DNA of 64,000 nucleotides from an uncultured Planctomycetota bacterium (GCA_963823665.1 CAWGMQ010000008.1:64001-128000); one strand, 5' to 3'; shown: positions 50,650-63,221, counted from the first letter of the stretch. The notes: generated from the sequence alone by a model not told the origin. Translations and numbers: made by a program.

Positions 50650-51081
50650 ACCGCGAGGTGGCGCTCGGGCGGCTAGCTGGCGTGCCGGGGACGAACCGCG
50701 ATGACAGAGGGATTCGACGCGATTGAGTCAGGCCCCGTCGGCCGAAGCACGCCGAACGTGCCGCACCAGAACTCGTTCGTGACCGACACCGTCCGCGCAG
50801 GCGCATGAGGCAGTTCGCGCTTCCCGGAGCAGGTTGGCCCCGAGCACGGCCGGTCACGCCGGGGTGTGGCCGAATCGGTCTCTGCCGAAAGCGCCCCCGC
50901 TTGGCTCAGTGCTTCGAGCCCCGAAAGCGAGCTGACTGAAGAGCGACCGGCCGACGAAGTGACGCCGTGACCGCACCCCGCGCGGACCGATGAAGGCGCA
51001 ACCGCGAGCAGTTCGCTGGGTCGCGGGAGGAACAACGCAATTTTACAAGAAAGCTCCACGAGCCGGCGAGAAAGGCTTCAT
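50650..51081 (-). pseudogene. Third Cys/His-motif small protein, disrupted at both ends
   Basis: VRAGCGHGVTS, PCSGPTCS; after TAG 50673 reads PPER then ca cct cgc (ERPPR if one base is restored). Confidence 0.6.
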
Positions 51082-51383
51082 AAAAACAACAGTCACAACA
51101 GAGTTCGATTGCAAGTAACTCTTGAGCGTGTGGCCACAATCGCGAGTGAAGCCGCGCACGGCGCGACAACACGAAGATCTCGACTGAAGGGTCTCGAGTC
51201 GACGTGGTCGTTGTATTCGAGATCGACCACGTACCCGGCCATTGCACGCATGACTGAACGCGCGTCATAATATCGACTGAGCAACGATTTCGCGTGGGTT
51301 TATCGGTCGGATTCTTGTAACCTTGAGTCGGCGCCTCATAACCTATATACAGTGCGCTCTTGCCGGCTCTGCGGAGTTTTCCT

Positions 51384-52529
51384 ATGTGTGCTACCAGGCG
51401 ACGTGGGTTCACCCTGGTCGAGCTCCTCGTGGTCATCTCCATCATCGCGGTGCTGATCGGGCTGTTGCTGCCGGCCGTCCAGGCGGCGCGCGAGGCGGCA
51501 CGACGTGCCGCGTGCTTGAACAATTTGAAGCAGATCGGGCTGGCGATGCAGAATTATCACGAGTCCATCAACCGTTTCCCGCAAGGGCACTCCCAGGCCG
51601 CCAGCATGCCCGGATACGGCGACAAATTGTATGCCGGCGTGACCGAGTGGAGTGCCCACGCGGAGATGCTCCAGTACATCGAAGGGGGCTCGCTCTACAA
51701 CGCGATCAACTTCTCTTTCTGCGGCGGTCTCAATTATGGCGCTCAGTGCAACGGCACGGCCTGGCGGACGCTGGTTGCGGTCTTCGTGTGCCCCTCGGAC
51801 CCCAACGCCGGCGGCGGAGCACCCGGGTTCGGCACCAACACGCCGCCCAACATCAACAGTTACCGCGGGAGCGTGGGCACCACGACGGCTGCCGGCGCGG
51901 CAACCGTGCCGGGCTATGGCGGCTGCCCGCCCGACCCGTTTCACCTCGGTGCCGGAATCCCACCTTGCCAGCCGTCGTCAACCGGCATCTTTGCGTACTG
52001 GGTTTGCTACGGGATGGCCGACTGTCGAGACGGCACCTCGCAGACTGTCGCCTTCTCGGAATCGCTGGTCGGCGATCTGGGCTCAGCCGCCACGCCACGC
52101 CATCGAAATAACTCGGTCACCGGCGTGACCGCGGCGACGCCCGCCGATGTGCTGGACGCCTCGGCAATTCCCGCAACCACACTCCAGACGGCGCTGCAGA
52201 ATTGCAGCCTCTCGTTCCTCTCGGGCGCGAATCTGACCAACTCGAATGGGAGCCGCTGGGGCTGGGGCGCCGTGTCGATGACGCTGTTTCAGACCATCGT
52301 CCCCCCCAACAACAAGAACTACCCGTGGAACGCCTGCCGCACGTCGTGTCCGGGCTGTACTGCGGATGATGCCTCCTATAGCAACGCGCAGAGCGATCAC
52401 CCCGGGGGCGCCAACGCCCTCTTTGTCGACGGCAGCGTGCGGTTCATCAAAGATTCCATCCAGCCCTATATCTGGATGAGCCTGGGAACCCGCGCCGGGG
52501 GCGAGATCGTCGACGCCAAATCGTACTGA
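51384..52529 (+). CDS. DUF1559 prepilin-type N-methylation protein
   Basis: [54 protein letters not shown]. Confidence 0.95.
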   Translation: MCATRRRGFTLVELLVVISIIAVLIGLLLPAVQAAREAARRAACLNNLKQIGLAMQNYHESINRFPQGHSQAASMPGYGDKLYAGVTEWSAHAEMLQYIEGGSLYNAINFSFCGGLNYGAQCNGTAWRTLVAVFVCPSDPNAGGGAPGFGTNTPPNINSYRGSVGTTTAAGAATVPGYGGCPPDPFHLGAGIPPCQPSSTGIFAYWVCYGMADCRDGTSQTVAFSESLVGDLGSAATPRHRNNSVTGVTAATPADVLDASAIPATTLQTALQNCSLSFLSGANLTNSNGSRWGWGAVSMTLFQTIVPPNNKNYPWNACRTSCPGCTADDASYSNAQSDHPGGANALFVDGSVRFIKDSIQPYIWMSLGTRAGGEIVDAKSY

Positions 52530-52578
52530 GTACAGCGGCAGAAGGAATTGCGGGAGAAGGGCGGCGCTCGCGTGGGGA

Positions 52579-52628
52579 GTCAGGCTAAAGCCTGACCTAC
52601 TCAATCGTCAGGCTCACGCCTGACCTAC
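52579..52628 (-). repeat. Two GTAG-type REP palindromes
   Basis: Minus strand GTAG-GTCAGGC-gtga-GCCTGAC and GTAG-GTCAGGCT-tt-AGCCTGAC. Confidence 0.8.
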
Positions 52629-52639
52629 ACGAGGTGAAG

Positions 52640-55587
52640 ATGCGCCGTTGGCTGCTGATCCTTGCGATCGGCATCTTCCTGGTTCTCGCCGGCTGGCTGC
52701 TGGCGCGCGCGTATGGCGCGCGGCGTGCGCGGGTCGAGCTGGACGCCGCGCGGGCCCTCTTCGAGGCGCAGCGGTTCGACGTCGCCCGCGAGCGCCTGGA
52801 GCGGATCGCCCGGGAAAGTCCCGGGCGCGGAGACGTGGAGTATTTGTTTGGCTTCTGCGAGCGCGTGGAGAATCGGCCGGACGCGGCCCTGGCCGCGTGG
52901 GCCCGCGTTCCGGACGACGCGGCTGAAGCACCCCTGGCGGCACTGGCTTCGGGTGCGCTCGCGCTGGAAATCGGCCGCTATCGTCTGGCGGAGTCATGCC
53001 TGGAACGCGCAACCGGCATGGGCAAGAACATCGCCCTCGAAGCGCGCCAATTGCTGGGCCGGCTTCACTGGATGACGGGGCGTCGCGAAGAGTACGTGGA
53101 GTACTTGCGTTCTCTCGCCGGGCGCGAGAACGACCCGTCCGAGACGCTGCAAGTGCTCTGGAACATCGAGACCGCCGCATACCCGATCAACTCGATGCGG
53201 CAGGACCTGGCAAAGGCGCTGGCCGCGGCACCTGATGACGACCGCGTCTGGCTGGGGCTGGCGGACGTGGGCATTCGCTCGGGACAGCTCGACCTAGCAA
53301 GCGACTGGCTCGAACGCTGCGAGGGAGCACGGCCTGACGACCTGGCCATCTGGCAAGCGCGGCTCCGATGGGCGAAGGCCGCGGACCGGCCCCAAGAGGT
53401 TGCTCGCGCCGCCTTGCACCTTCCCGGGTCGAGCTTGCCCAGGGCGCGCGTGCTCGAGCTCCGGGCCTGGCTGGCCGCGCGCGCGGGAAACACACCCTTC
53501 GAGCGTGCGTCGCTCGAGGAGCTGCTGGCGCTCGATGGAGCGAATGCGACCGCGCTCGAGGGCCTGGCGGAGCTTGCCGCGCGTCGGGGCGACTTCAAGA
53601 TCGTGGCCGATCTGCGTGGCCGCAAGGCAAAAATCGACGCGATTCACGAGCAGTACCGCGCCCTCTGCAAACGGCCCGATCTCGCAGCCCACGCGGGCGA
53701 GCTGGCCCGGGGGGCCGAAGGATTGGGCCGGACGTTTGACGCCCTCGCCTGGTGGCGGCTGGCCGCGCATCTCGACCCGAAAACGTCGGCCGAAGCCGGG
53801 GCGGCTCGCACGCGGCTCGAATCGCAGAAACCCGCAGCCCGGCCTGACGGAAAAACGCTCGCGGAACTTCTTGCCGTCGAACCGCCAATCGCGCGTCCCA
53901 AGACTGCGGCGCCGGCAGAACTACACATCCCAACTTTCACCGAGGAGGCGGCGGCACGCGGGCTGGACTTCACATTTGATAATGGCCAGAGCGAGGCGCA
54001 CCAGCTTCCCAAGACGATGAGCGGCGGCGTGGCTGTCCTGGACTTTGACGGCGACGGCTGGCTCGATGTCTATGCCATCGGAGGGGGCCCATTCCCACCA
54101 AAGCAAGCACGTCCGCCGTTCATGGACCAGCTCTTCCGCAATATGGGCGGCGGAAAGTTCAAAGATGTAACGGCAGCGTCGGGACTCTCAGGCGAGCCTG
54201 GCGGCTACGGCCAGGGGATCGCCGTGGGAGATTACGATAACGACGGCCGCAGCGACCTGTTCGTGACCCGCTGGGGCTCATACGCTCTTTATCGCAACCT
54301 TGGCCAGGGCCGATTCCAGGACGTCACGGCGCGAGCGGGTCTTGCCGGGCCGCGCGATTATCCCACCGGGGCAGCGTGGGCCGACCTCGATAACGACGGC
54401 GATCTCGATCTCTACGTTTGCCATTATCTGAAATGGGATGCGGCAAGCTCTCCGCTCCACCACGATCCGTCGCGGCCCGGCAGCACGTACGCCGACCCGC
54501 GGGAGTTCCCGGCTGTACCCGATCACGTCTTTCGCAACGACGCCGGAGGATTCGTCGACGTGACCAGGCAAGCGGGTATCATTGACCGCGAAGGCCGTGG
54601 CCTCGGCGTCGTGGCCGCCGACTTCGACTACGACGGCAAGATCGACATCTTCGTGGCCAACGACGGGGCGCCCAACTTCTTTTTCCACAACCAGGGAGCC
54701 TTCCGGTTCTCCGAGGAGGGACAGCTTTCCGGCCTCTCGACTAGCTCCAGCGGCGGCTACTCCTCCGGAACGGGCATCGCGTGCGGCGACTTCAACGGCG
54801 ACGCCCGGCTCGATCTGGCTCTCTCCCATTCTTATGGCGAATCCACCACGCTCTACCACAATCTGAGCACCGCCCTGTTCTCGGACCGGACAGAAGCAGC
54901 CGGGCTCGCCGCGCCCACCCGTTTCGTGCGTGGCTTCGGGCTTGCTGCGTTTGACGCGAACAACGACGGCGCGCTCGACCTCGCCCAGGCAAACGGACAT
55001 ACCAACGATTATCTGCCCGCCATGCCGTACGCCATGGCCGCGCAGGTTTTTCTCGGCGACGGCACGGGCAAGCTGCGCGACGTTTCCTCGAAGGCAGGCG
55101 AGCCCTGGAACGTGCTCCGCCTGGCCCGCGGTCTCGCGACCGGTGACTTTGACAATGACGGCCGCGTCGATCTGCTGATCGTCGCGGAAAATGCGCCGCT
55201 GGCGCTTTTTCACAACGGAGGCAGCGAGCAAACCGGATCTGCGCGAATCTCGCCCGGGCACTTCGTGACGATCTTGCTCGAGGGAACCGACTCCAACCGC
55301 GATGGCGTGGCGCGCGCGTGGCCTTGACGGCCTCGGGGAAAACACAAGTGCTGGAGCGCACCGGTGGCGGCAGTTACCTTTCCGCAAGCGACGGACGCCT
55401 TCACTTCGGCCTGGGCAAGGCCGAGAGGGTCGATCGCATCGCCGTGAAATGGCTTACGGGACATGTTGATGTCTTCAAGGACCTGCGGGGGGATACGGGT
55501 TATCTGCTGCGGGAAGGCGATTTGACCGCCAAGGCACTGCGGGGTTTCGCCCCGGACGACTCCATCAAGCTGAGCCGCGGAAAGTGA
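52640..55587 (+). CDS. TPR plus FG-GAP repeat plus ASPIC/UnbV protein (frameshift near 55312)
   Basis: N-terminal TM and TPR-like helices; DFDGDGWLDVY, DYDNDGRSDLF, DLDNDGDLDLY; GGGSYLSASDGRLHFGLG. Confidence 0.9.
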
Positions 55588-55643
55588 ACGACGCACCTTA
55601 GGAGTGTTCGACCCCCAGGCTCTCTGAGCCGTGCGCACGTCTC

Positions 55644-55691
55644 GGAGACCTTCGGTCGCACCGGAGGACGGGGTCGGAGACCCGCGCCAAC
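55644..55691. repeat. REP-like palindromic element
   Basis: GACC-ttc-GGTC and GGGTC-gga-GACCC-gcgccaac hairpins in an intergenic gap. Confidence 0.55.
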
Positions 55692-55772
55692 GAGATCGTG
55701 CGGCCGGCGGTTCGTGAAGGTATAGTATCGGGATGTCGCTTTGATGCCACCCGCCCCGCGAGCCCCTACGCG

Positions 55773-58700
55773 ATGAGGATGCCGATCACTTACGGACTGG
55801 CCGCGCTTTCGCTGCTCTTGGCCGGCTGGAATGCATCCGCTGGCGCAGACGCGATCGACTTCGATGCCACCGTTGCCCCGCTGCTCGCCAGGAGGTGCCT
55901 GGACTGTCACTCGGGTACCGAGCCCAAGGGCAAGCTCGACCTGTCGCGCCGCAGCAGCGGCGCTCGCCGGCGGCGAGAGCGGCAAGGTGATCGTGCCGGG
56001 CAAGCCCGACGAGAGCTTGCTCTGGGAACGGGTCTTGTCCGACGAGATGCCGCCAAAAACGCCATTGCCCGACAGCGAGAAGGCGGTGCTGCGAACGTGG
56101 ATCGCCACCGGTGCGGGCTGGGGCACCGATCCGATTGACGCCTTCCAGACGACAACCGCCGCCGCGCCGGCCGCGATTGGTGGTCGCTTCAACCCATGAG
56201 GCAGCACAATCCGCCGTCCGTGCGCAACCGCGACTGGGTGCGCACGCCGATCGATCGTTTCATTCTCAAGAAGCTGGAAGCACAACGGCATCTCGCCCAC
56301 GCCCGAGGCCGATCGCCGCACGCTCATTCGCCGCGTGTGCTTCGATCTCACCGGGCTGCCGCCGGAGCCGGACGCGATCGATGCGTTTATACGTGATGAT
56401 TCCCCCGATGCCTATTCCCGTATGCTCGACCGATACCTGGCCTCGCCGCAATACGGAGTGCGCTGGGCGCGCTGGTGGCTCGACCTGGCCCGCTACGGTG
56501 AGAGCAACGGATTCGAGTTCGACGAGTTCCGCCCGGCTGCCTGGCGTTATCGCGACTGGGTGGTCGACTCGCTCAATCACGATCGTCCTTACGACGAATT
56601 CGCCCGGCTGCAACTGGCCGGTGACGTTTTGCGCCCGAGACGACGCAGACGCCATCGCCGCGACCGGCTTCCTGGTTGCCGGGGCTTTTGACACCGTCGG
56701 CCAGACCCAGCAGTCGCTTGTCATGCGCGCTGTCGTGCGCAGCGACGAGATCGAAGACCTGGTCGGGACCGTCGGGCAAACATTTCTCGGCGTGACGGTC
56801 AACTGCGCTCGCTGCCACGACCACAAGTTCGACCCGATCCGACAGACGGAATACTATCGCATCGCGTCGGCGCTCTCTGGCGTGCGGCACGGCGAGCGCG
56901 ATCTCTCGGCATTCGACCGAAGGGCGGCCGCTTCAAGAATACAGATCAAGGAGTTGCAATCGCAGGTCGCAGCCATCGAACGGCCCGCGCGCGATCAGAT
57001 TCTCGCGACGCGTCCGAAGGTTGATTCCACGCCGCCGGATCCGGTCGCGGCCTGGAACTTCGAGGCCGGGCTCGTCAACGTGAAGGGCGGAGTCGAGCTT
57101 GCACTCGAGGGGGGCGCCAGGCTGACGCCGGTGGGGCTCGAGTGCGGGGGTGGAGCGGCGATGGCCAGGTCGACGCCGCTGGATCTCAAGCTTTCGAGCA
57201 AGACGATCGAGGTCTGGGTGCAGCTCGACAATCTCTCGCAGCGGGGCGGGGGCGCGATGACGATCGCGACGCGAGACGGTCTTGTCTTTGATTCGATTGT
57301 CTTCGGTGAACGCGAGCCAATCCGGTGGATGGCCGGCAGCGAGGGATTCAGCCGTTATCAGAGCGTTTCGGGCCCGGCAGAGAAAGACGCTCTCAACGTG
57401 CCCGTGCACATGGCGATCACGTACGGGGCCGACGGCACGATTCGCGTTTATCGCGACGGGCGTGCCGTACGGCACTGCGTACAAGGCCGCGAAACCGACG
57501 GTCTTCGCGCCGGAGAGACGGTGATTCTCTTCGGCCAGAGACACACGCCACCCGGCGGCAACCGCGGGCTCTCCGGCACGCTGCTCCGCGCCCGGCTGTA
57601 TGACCGGGCGCTCGAGCCTCGCGAAGTTGCGGCCTCGGCGGCGAGCTTCCGCGAATACATCCCTTCGAGCGCGATCGTCGCCGCCCTCATGCCGGAGCGT
57701 CGCGCGCAGCGCGCCAGGCTCCTGGACGCGATCGAGCGGCTGCGCTCCTCGTCCACGGCCAACCCGCGTGTTTACGCCATCGCGGCCAGGGAAGCCGGGC
57801 CGACGCACATCGAGATCCGCGGGAATCCCAATCAGCCCGGAGACGTGGTGAGCCCGGGCGGAATCGCCGCGATCGTCGCGCCGGGGAGCGATTTCGGGCT
57901 TGAGCCCGATGCACCGGAAGGCCCGGCGGCGCGCAGCGGCTGGCGTCGTGGATTTGCAGCGCCGCAGAACCCGCTCTTCGCGCGGGTCGTGGTCAACCGG
58001 CTCTGGCAGGCACACTTCGGCACGGGCCTGGTCGAGACGTCGAGCGATCTCGGCTTCAACGGCGGCACGCCGTCGCACCCGGAGTTGCTCGACTGGCTCG
58101 CGGCGCGAGATGGTCGACGCAAGGCTGGAGCCTGAAGGCGATGCACAGGCTGATCGTGACGTCGGCCGCGTATCCGACAGGCGTCGCGGTCTGGACGCTC
58201 AGGCCGCCGAGCAAGGACGCCGGCAATCGCTTGCTCTGGCGCAAGGCCCCGATGCGGCTCGAGGCCGAGATGGTTCGCGATGCGATGCTCGCGGTCTCGG
58301 GTGTGCTCGACCCCAGGCTGGGCGGCCCGAGCTTCTCGCGATCACTCGGACATCGTCAAGGCGCCCGGAACGCCGGCGATCCTGTATGCGGCAGTCGACC
58401 CCAGAACGCCGGGACTCAACCGGCGGACGCTTTTCCGGGCATGGGCTCGCGGCGGCCGAAGCCACTTGCTCGACGCGTTCGACTGCCCCGATCCGTCGAC
58501 TTCGGCACCGCGACGGGCCGTCACGACCACGCCGCTTCAGGCGCTCTCGTTGATGAACAATGCCCTGGTGCTTCATCTGTCCGAGGCTTTCGCCGCTCGG
58601 CTGGCGCGCGAAGCCGGGCAACGACGCCGGCCGCCAGGTCGAGCGAGCGTACCGGCTGGCGCTTGGCCGTGAGCCTGAGCCCGACGAGCGAGCCGTGGCG

Positions 58701-58781
58701 GTGCGCGTGGTCGAGCGGTCGGGCCTGCCGACGCTCGCGCGGGCGATCTTCAATTGCAACGAATTCCTCTACCTTGATTGA
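55773..58781 (+). CDS. PSD1 / planctomycete cytochrome c protein with LamG-like insert (several frameshifts)
   Basis: [67 protein letters not shown] across frames. Confidence 0.85.
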
Positions 58782-58800
58782 TCGGCTGCAGGAGAACGCG

Positions 58801-60225
58801 ATGGATCGTCGCGAGTTTCTTTCCTGGGTGCAAGGCGGCCTGGCCGGCGCCGCGGCGGCATCGCTGCTCTTGCGTGACGGATCGGTCGCAGGCCGGCGAG
58901 CCGGCGAGGCGAGCCCGCCTTGCCCGCACTTTCCGCCGAAGGCGACCCGCGCCCTTCACATCTGCCTGTGCGGGGCGATGAGCCATATCGACACGTTTGA
59001 CTACAAGCCGGGCCTGATCGCCGCGCACGGCAAGTCGCTCAAGTCGTCGACCAGGCCCGACATCTTCTTCGGCCAGGTCGGCCGGCTGCGCCGGCCGGAC
59101 TGGACGTTTCGCCAGCGCGGCCAGAGCGGCCTCTGGGTCTCGGACCTGTTTCCCCACCTGGGCGCAGGTCGCCGACGAGCTGACGGTGATCCGGTCGATG
59201 GTCGCCGACACCTCGAACCACACGCCGGCGACGTTTCAGGAGAACAGCGGCTTTCGCTTGAACGGCTTTCCCGGCCGGGGCATGGCTTCGCTACGGGCTG
59301 GGCAGCGAGTCGGACGACTTGCCGGCGTTTGTGGTGATTCCGGATGCGCGCGAGTTTCCCGCCGGCGGCGCGATCAACTGGACCAACGGCTTTCTGCCCG
59401 CGCGGCATCAGGGCGTGGTGATTCGGCCGCAGGGCGAGCCGATCGACGATCTGTTCCCTGCCACGCCCGATCGACTCGGAATCGGAGGCCGGCACTCGCG
59501 AGCTGGTGGCGGCCATGAACCGCCGCCACCTCGCGCGGCACCCCGGCGACGATGCGCTCGCGGCCCGCATTCGGGGCTACGAGATGGCCGCGCGGATGCA
59601 GATCTCGGTTCCGCTGGTCGCCGACTTGAAGGAAGAGAAAGCGGAGACGCTCTCGCTTTATGGCATCGACCGCAAGGAGTCGGCCGATTTCGGCCGCGCG
59701 TGTCTGATGGCCCGGCGGCTGCTCGAACGCGGGCGTGCGGTTCGTGCAAGTTTACTCCGGCGGCACGTTCGGCAGCCCGCGGCGGAACTGGGACGGGCAT
59801 GAAGACATGAAGGCCAACCACGGCCAGGAAGCCGGGCGGATCGATCGGCCGCGTCGCGGGCTTGCTGCGCGATTTTCGCCGCCGCGGGCTGCTCGAGGAT
59901 ACGCTCGTCCTGTTCACGACCGAGTTCGGCCGCACGCCGTTCTCGGAGTCGGGGACTGACATCGGTCGGCCTGGGCCGCGATCACAACCCGCACGGCTTC
60001 AGCGTCTGGCTCGCCGGCGCCGGGCTCAAGCACGGCATGGCCTATGGCTCGACCGACGAGATCGGCTGGAAAGCGGCCGAGAATATCGTCACCTGGCCCG
60101 ACTTTCATGCCACGGTGCTGCATCTCCTGGGAATCGATCACAAGCGATTGACGTTTTATCACAATGGAATTCAGCGGCGGCTGACCAACGTGCATGGCGA
60201 GGTGATCAAGGCGATTCTGGCGTGA
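58801..60225 (+). CDS. DUF1501 family Tat-exported protein (several frameshifts)
   Basis: [47 protein letters not shown]. Confidence 0.88.
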
Positions 60226-60253
60226 GGCCGGATGCGAGAGGAGACTCAACACC

Positions 60254-61774
60254 ATGGCACAATCCCGCAAGCGGTTCGGCCGGTTGTTTTACGCGACATG
60301 CGTGATCGCGATACTTGCGACCGTGGTCGCGCTGTTCTGGCAGCCGCTGGCAATTCAAGTTCTCGCCTGGCGATTGACCAGGCAATTGCGCGACCCGGTC
60401 GCCGCGACCCGTCGCGACGCGGCCACCGAGCTTGTGCGGCTTGGTCCCTCGGCGACATCCTGGGTCGTCCGGGCGATGCGTGATCGCGATCCTCAGGTGC
60501 GAGCCGACGCGTGTTCGATTCTGCTGCAAACGACGCCGAATGATCCGGCAGGGGCCGTCGCGGCGCTGCTCGCCGCCGCGGGGGACAGTGATTCCGGCGT
60601 TCGCGCCGCCGCAGTGGCGCAGCTCGAAACGTTTCTCAGCCGCTATGGTGCGATGGTTGCACCAAGCGTTCGGGATCAAGCCCTGCTGCGCCTTTGTGAC
60701 TTGCTCGACGACGAATCTCCGCAGGTTCGCCGCCGGGTTCTCACGAGCTTCTTCATGGTCGGTCCACGGGCGAAGAATGTGGTGGGTAAGCTCGATCGCT
60801 CGCTCGAAGACGCCGATAAATCGTTGCGCGTCGCGGCCGCGGCAGCCATGCTTCGTATCGATCCGGATGCAACCCGTGCTCGCGTGAGCGTGGCCATGTC
60901 GTCATTGCTCACCGATCCGTCGGTGCGAATGGAGCACTGGCGATTGGTAGCGTCCCTGGTTCGTGCGCAAGGAGAAGACGCGACCGCCGAGCTGCTGATC
61001 AAGCACCTGGAACACCCGGATCGCCAGGCGCGAAGGCAGGCGACTTGACGACTTGATCGCACATTGTGCTGCGGGAAAGGGCACACGAGCCGCTATGCTT
61101 GAGGTCTTGAACGGCGGCGACGCGGGCATGAGTGAGGAGGCCGCGTTCTACTTTTTGAAAACCGAGCCGGCCATGGTCGCAAAAGCCGTTGAAATGTTGG
61201 CGAAACAAATTGTTCATCCGGACGAGGGGAGCTATCTGGCGTGGGATCTGGTCAAGAAAGCGAGAGAAGCGTCTCCGGACTCGATGGAGCTGCTCGCGTC
61301 GAAGCTGCTGGATCTCCTGGCCCACTCGCCCACGGCCGATGGCCGCGTGTTTGCGATCACCGCGCTTGGAGAGATCGGGCCGAAGGCTGCGCTTGCCGTA
61401 CCCGCGCTGCTTGAGCTTTCGAGTGGGAAGAACCTGGACGTCGCGACACGGGCGGTCGCGTCGCTCGTGAAAATCGATCCGCAGCGGCCGCCGCCAGGGT
61501 GCCGTCGCTCATCGAGTGGATGAGGGCGGGGCAGGGTGCCCACGTTCGGCTCCGCGCGATGGCTGCACTGCGTGACCTGGGCTCGGCGGCCTCGAGTGCG
61601 ATTCCGGTCCTGCTCGACATTGCGGACGAGGACGACCTGGCGATCTCAACGGGTGCGATCGAAGCTGTCTCGCGGATCGATCCCGTGACGGGAAGGACGC
61701 TCAAGCAGTCGATTGCACGCGGTGAGATCGGGACCAATGATCGCGCGGCGAGCGCGGTTTCCGGAGCCGCCTAG
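60254..61774 (+). CDS. Membrane-anchored HEAT-repeat protein (frameshifts near 61045 and 61485)
   Basis: TM helix; [39 protein letters not shown]. Confidence 0.82.
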
Positions 61775-61795
61775 ACACACGCCCGACTAGGAGAT

Positions 61796-61818
61796 CCCTT
61801 CGCGGAGCGAAGGGCGAC
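61796..61818. terminator. Hairpin between convergent genes (REP-like or terminator)
   Basis: CCCTTCGC-gga-GCGAAGGG; no U tract. Confidence 0.45.
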
Positions 61819-61838
61819 AATGAATCTCGGCTAGCGCC

Positions 61839-62540
61839 TCACGGCGCACCGACGGCCTTGGCGATGACGAACGCCGCGGTTGCTGCGAGGCCGCCGACGA
61901 CGACGGTTTGCCAGGCGCTTCGGAAAGGTCTGGGGGTGGTGAAGCGACCCTTGATGTAGCCGAAGACGAAGAGGGCGATCAGAGTCACGATGATCGAGCC
62001 GATGAGCGCGGAGTAAACGGACTTCATGAAGAAGTAGGGTGCGAGCGGGACCATGCCCCCGGCGACGTAGGAGAGTGCGATGGTGAAGGCGCTTCGGCTT
62101 GCTCGCTTCGGGTCTGGTTCCTCGAGACCGAGCTCGAACCGCATCATGAAATCGACCCAGGTCTTGCGGTCGGAACAGATGGCGCTGACGACAGGCGCAA
62201 GCAACTCGTCGGCCAGCCCGTAGAGCCGCAAGACGTCGGCGATCTCGGCCTCCTCGACGTCGGGAACCTCGACGATTTCTCGTTCTTCTCGGGCTCGCTC
62301 GGATTCAAAATGCTCGGCGTCGGTGCGTGCGGCGAGGTAGCCGCCCAGTCCCATCGCGATCGCGCCGGCGGCGACCTCGGCCAAGCCGGCCGTGACAATA
62401 ATGGCGTTCGAGGCCACGGCCCCGGAGAAGCCAGCAGCCAGAGCGAACGGAACCGTCAGGCCGTCGGACATGCCGATCACGATGTCGCGGACCGATGCCG
62501 AGGCGGTGAAGTGTTTTTCGATGTGGGCGGTCTGAGGCAC
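61839..62540 (-). CDS. VIT1/CCC1 family Fe/Mn transporter
   Basis: VRDIVIGMSDGLTVPFALAAG, AGAIAMGLGGYLAA, WVDFMMRFELGLEEPD. Confidence 0.93.
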   Translation of the reverse strand: MPQTAHIEKHFTASASVRDIVIGMSDGLTVPFALAAGFSGAVASNAIIVTAGLAEVAAGAIAMGLGGYLAARTDAEHFESERAREEREIVEVPDVEEAEIADVLRLYGLADELLAPVVSAICSDRKTWVDFMMRFELGLEEPDPKRASRSAFTIALSYVAGGMVPLAPYFFMKSVYSALIGSIIVTLIALFVFGYIKGRFTTPRPFRSAWQTVVVGGLAATAAFVIAKAVGAP

Positions 62541-62663
62541 TGGGCTCTCTCTTTCGGGGAGAATGATCGTCTGCGCTCCTTCGTCCCATCTCGGTCCTGT
62601 TGTGGCGGAGGTTCAGTACTAGCGAATTGATGCGGGTGCGGTCAACTGGCTCGTAGGGAACTC

Positions 62664-63221
62664 CTACGTGGCTTGATGATCGCTCGCGGGCCGACCGGGA
62701 ATGCTCGGTTCATGCTCATAAAGTTCGGGCTTCTCAGCTTCATTGGGTAAGGGAACTTTTCTGAGTATCTCGGACCACACTCGGAGAAATCGCTTCACGT
62801 CCTTGTGCGTCGCCGGCAAGCTCGGGTCTTCGACGGAGACCTGCTTCGTTTTCTTGTTGTGCGTGATGGCGATGGTCATTCGCGAAATGTCCGAACCACC
62901 GCTCAAATAGTGATTTCGGAGACTGTCAAATTCGGCGTTCCTGACTTTGGCCATGATCTCTGCGAGGTCTTCCTGAGATAGCTTGGTTTCTGTCTTCCTC
63001 CACTGCCCGTCGTGCTCGACAAAGACCTCCTTCACCACCTTGCCGTCGCCGGTTATGGTGACTTTCCAGAGCAGCCAGAGGCTCTCGCTGCCAAGGTGAG
63101 AGGCCACAATTTTGAGGTCGACCGCGCCAGAATTGTTACCCTTCGGAACCGCCGATTGCCGGCAACCGAAAAGGAACGCAATCGGCAGAGAGGCCAGGAT
63201 CAGAATCGTTGGCGAACGCAC
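62664..63221 (-). CDS. Hypothetical lipoprotein
   Basis: AGGAG then GTG start; lipobox LFGC; VTITGDGKV...FDSLRNHY. Confidence 0.65.
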   Translation of the reverse strand: MRSPTILILASLPIAFLFGCRQSAVPKGNNSGAVDLKIVASHLGSESLWLLWKVTITGDGKVVKEVFVEHDGQWRKTETKLSQEDLAEIMAKVRNAEFDSLRNHYLSGGSDISRMTIAITHNKKTKQVSVEDPSLPATHKDVKRFLRVWSEILRKVPLPNEAEKPELYEHEPSIPGRPASDHQAT

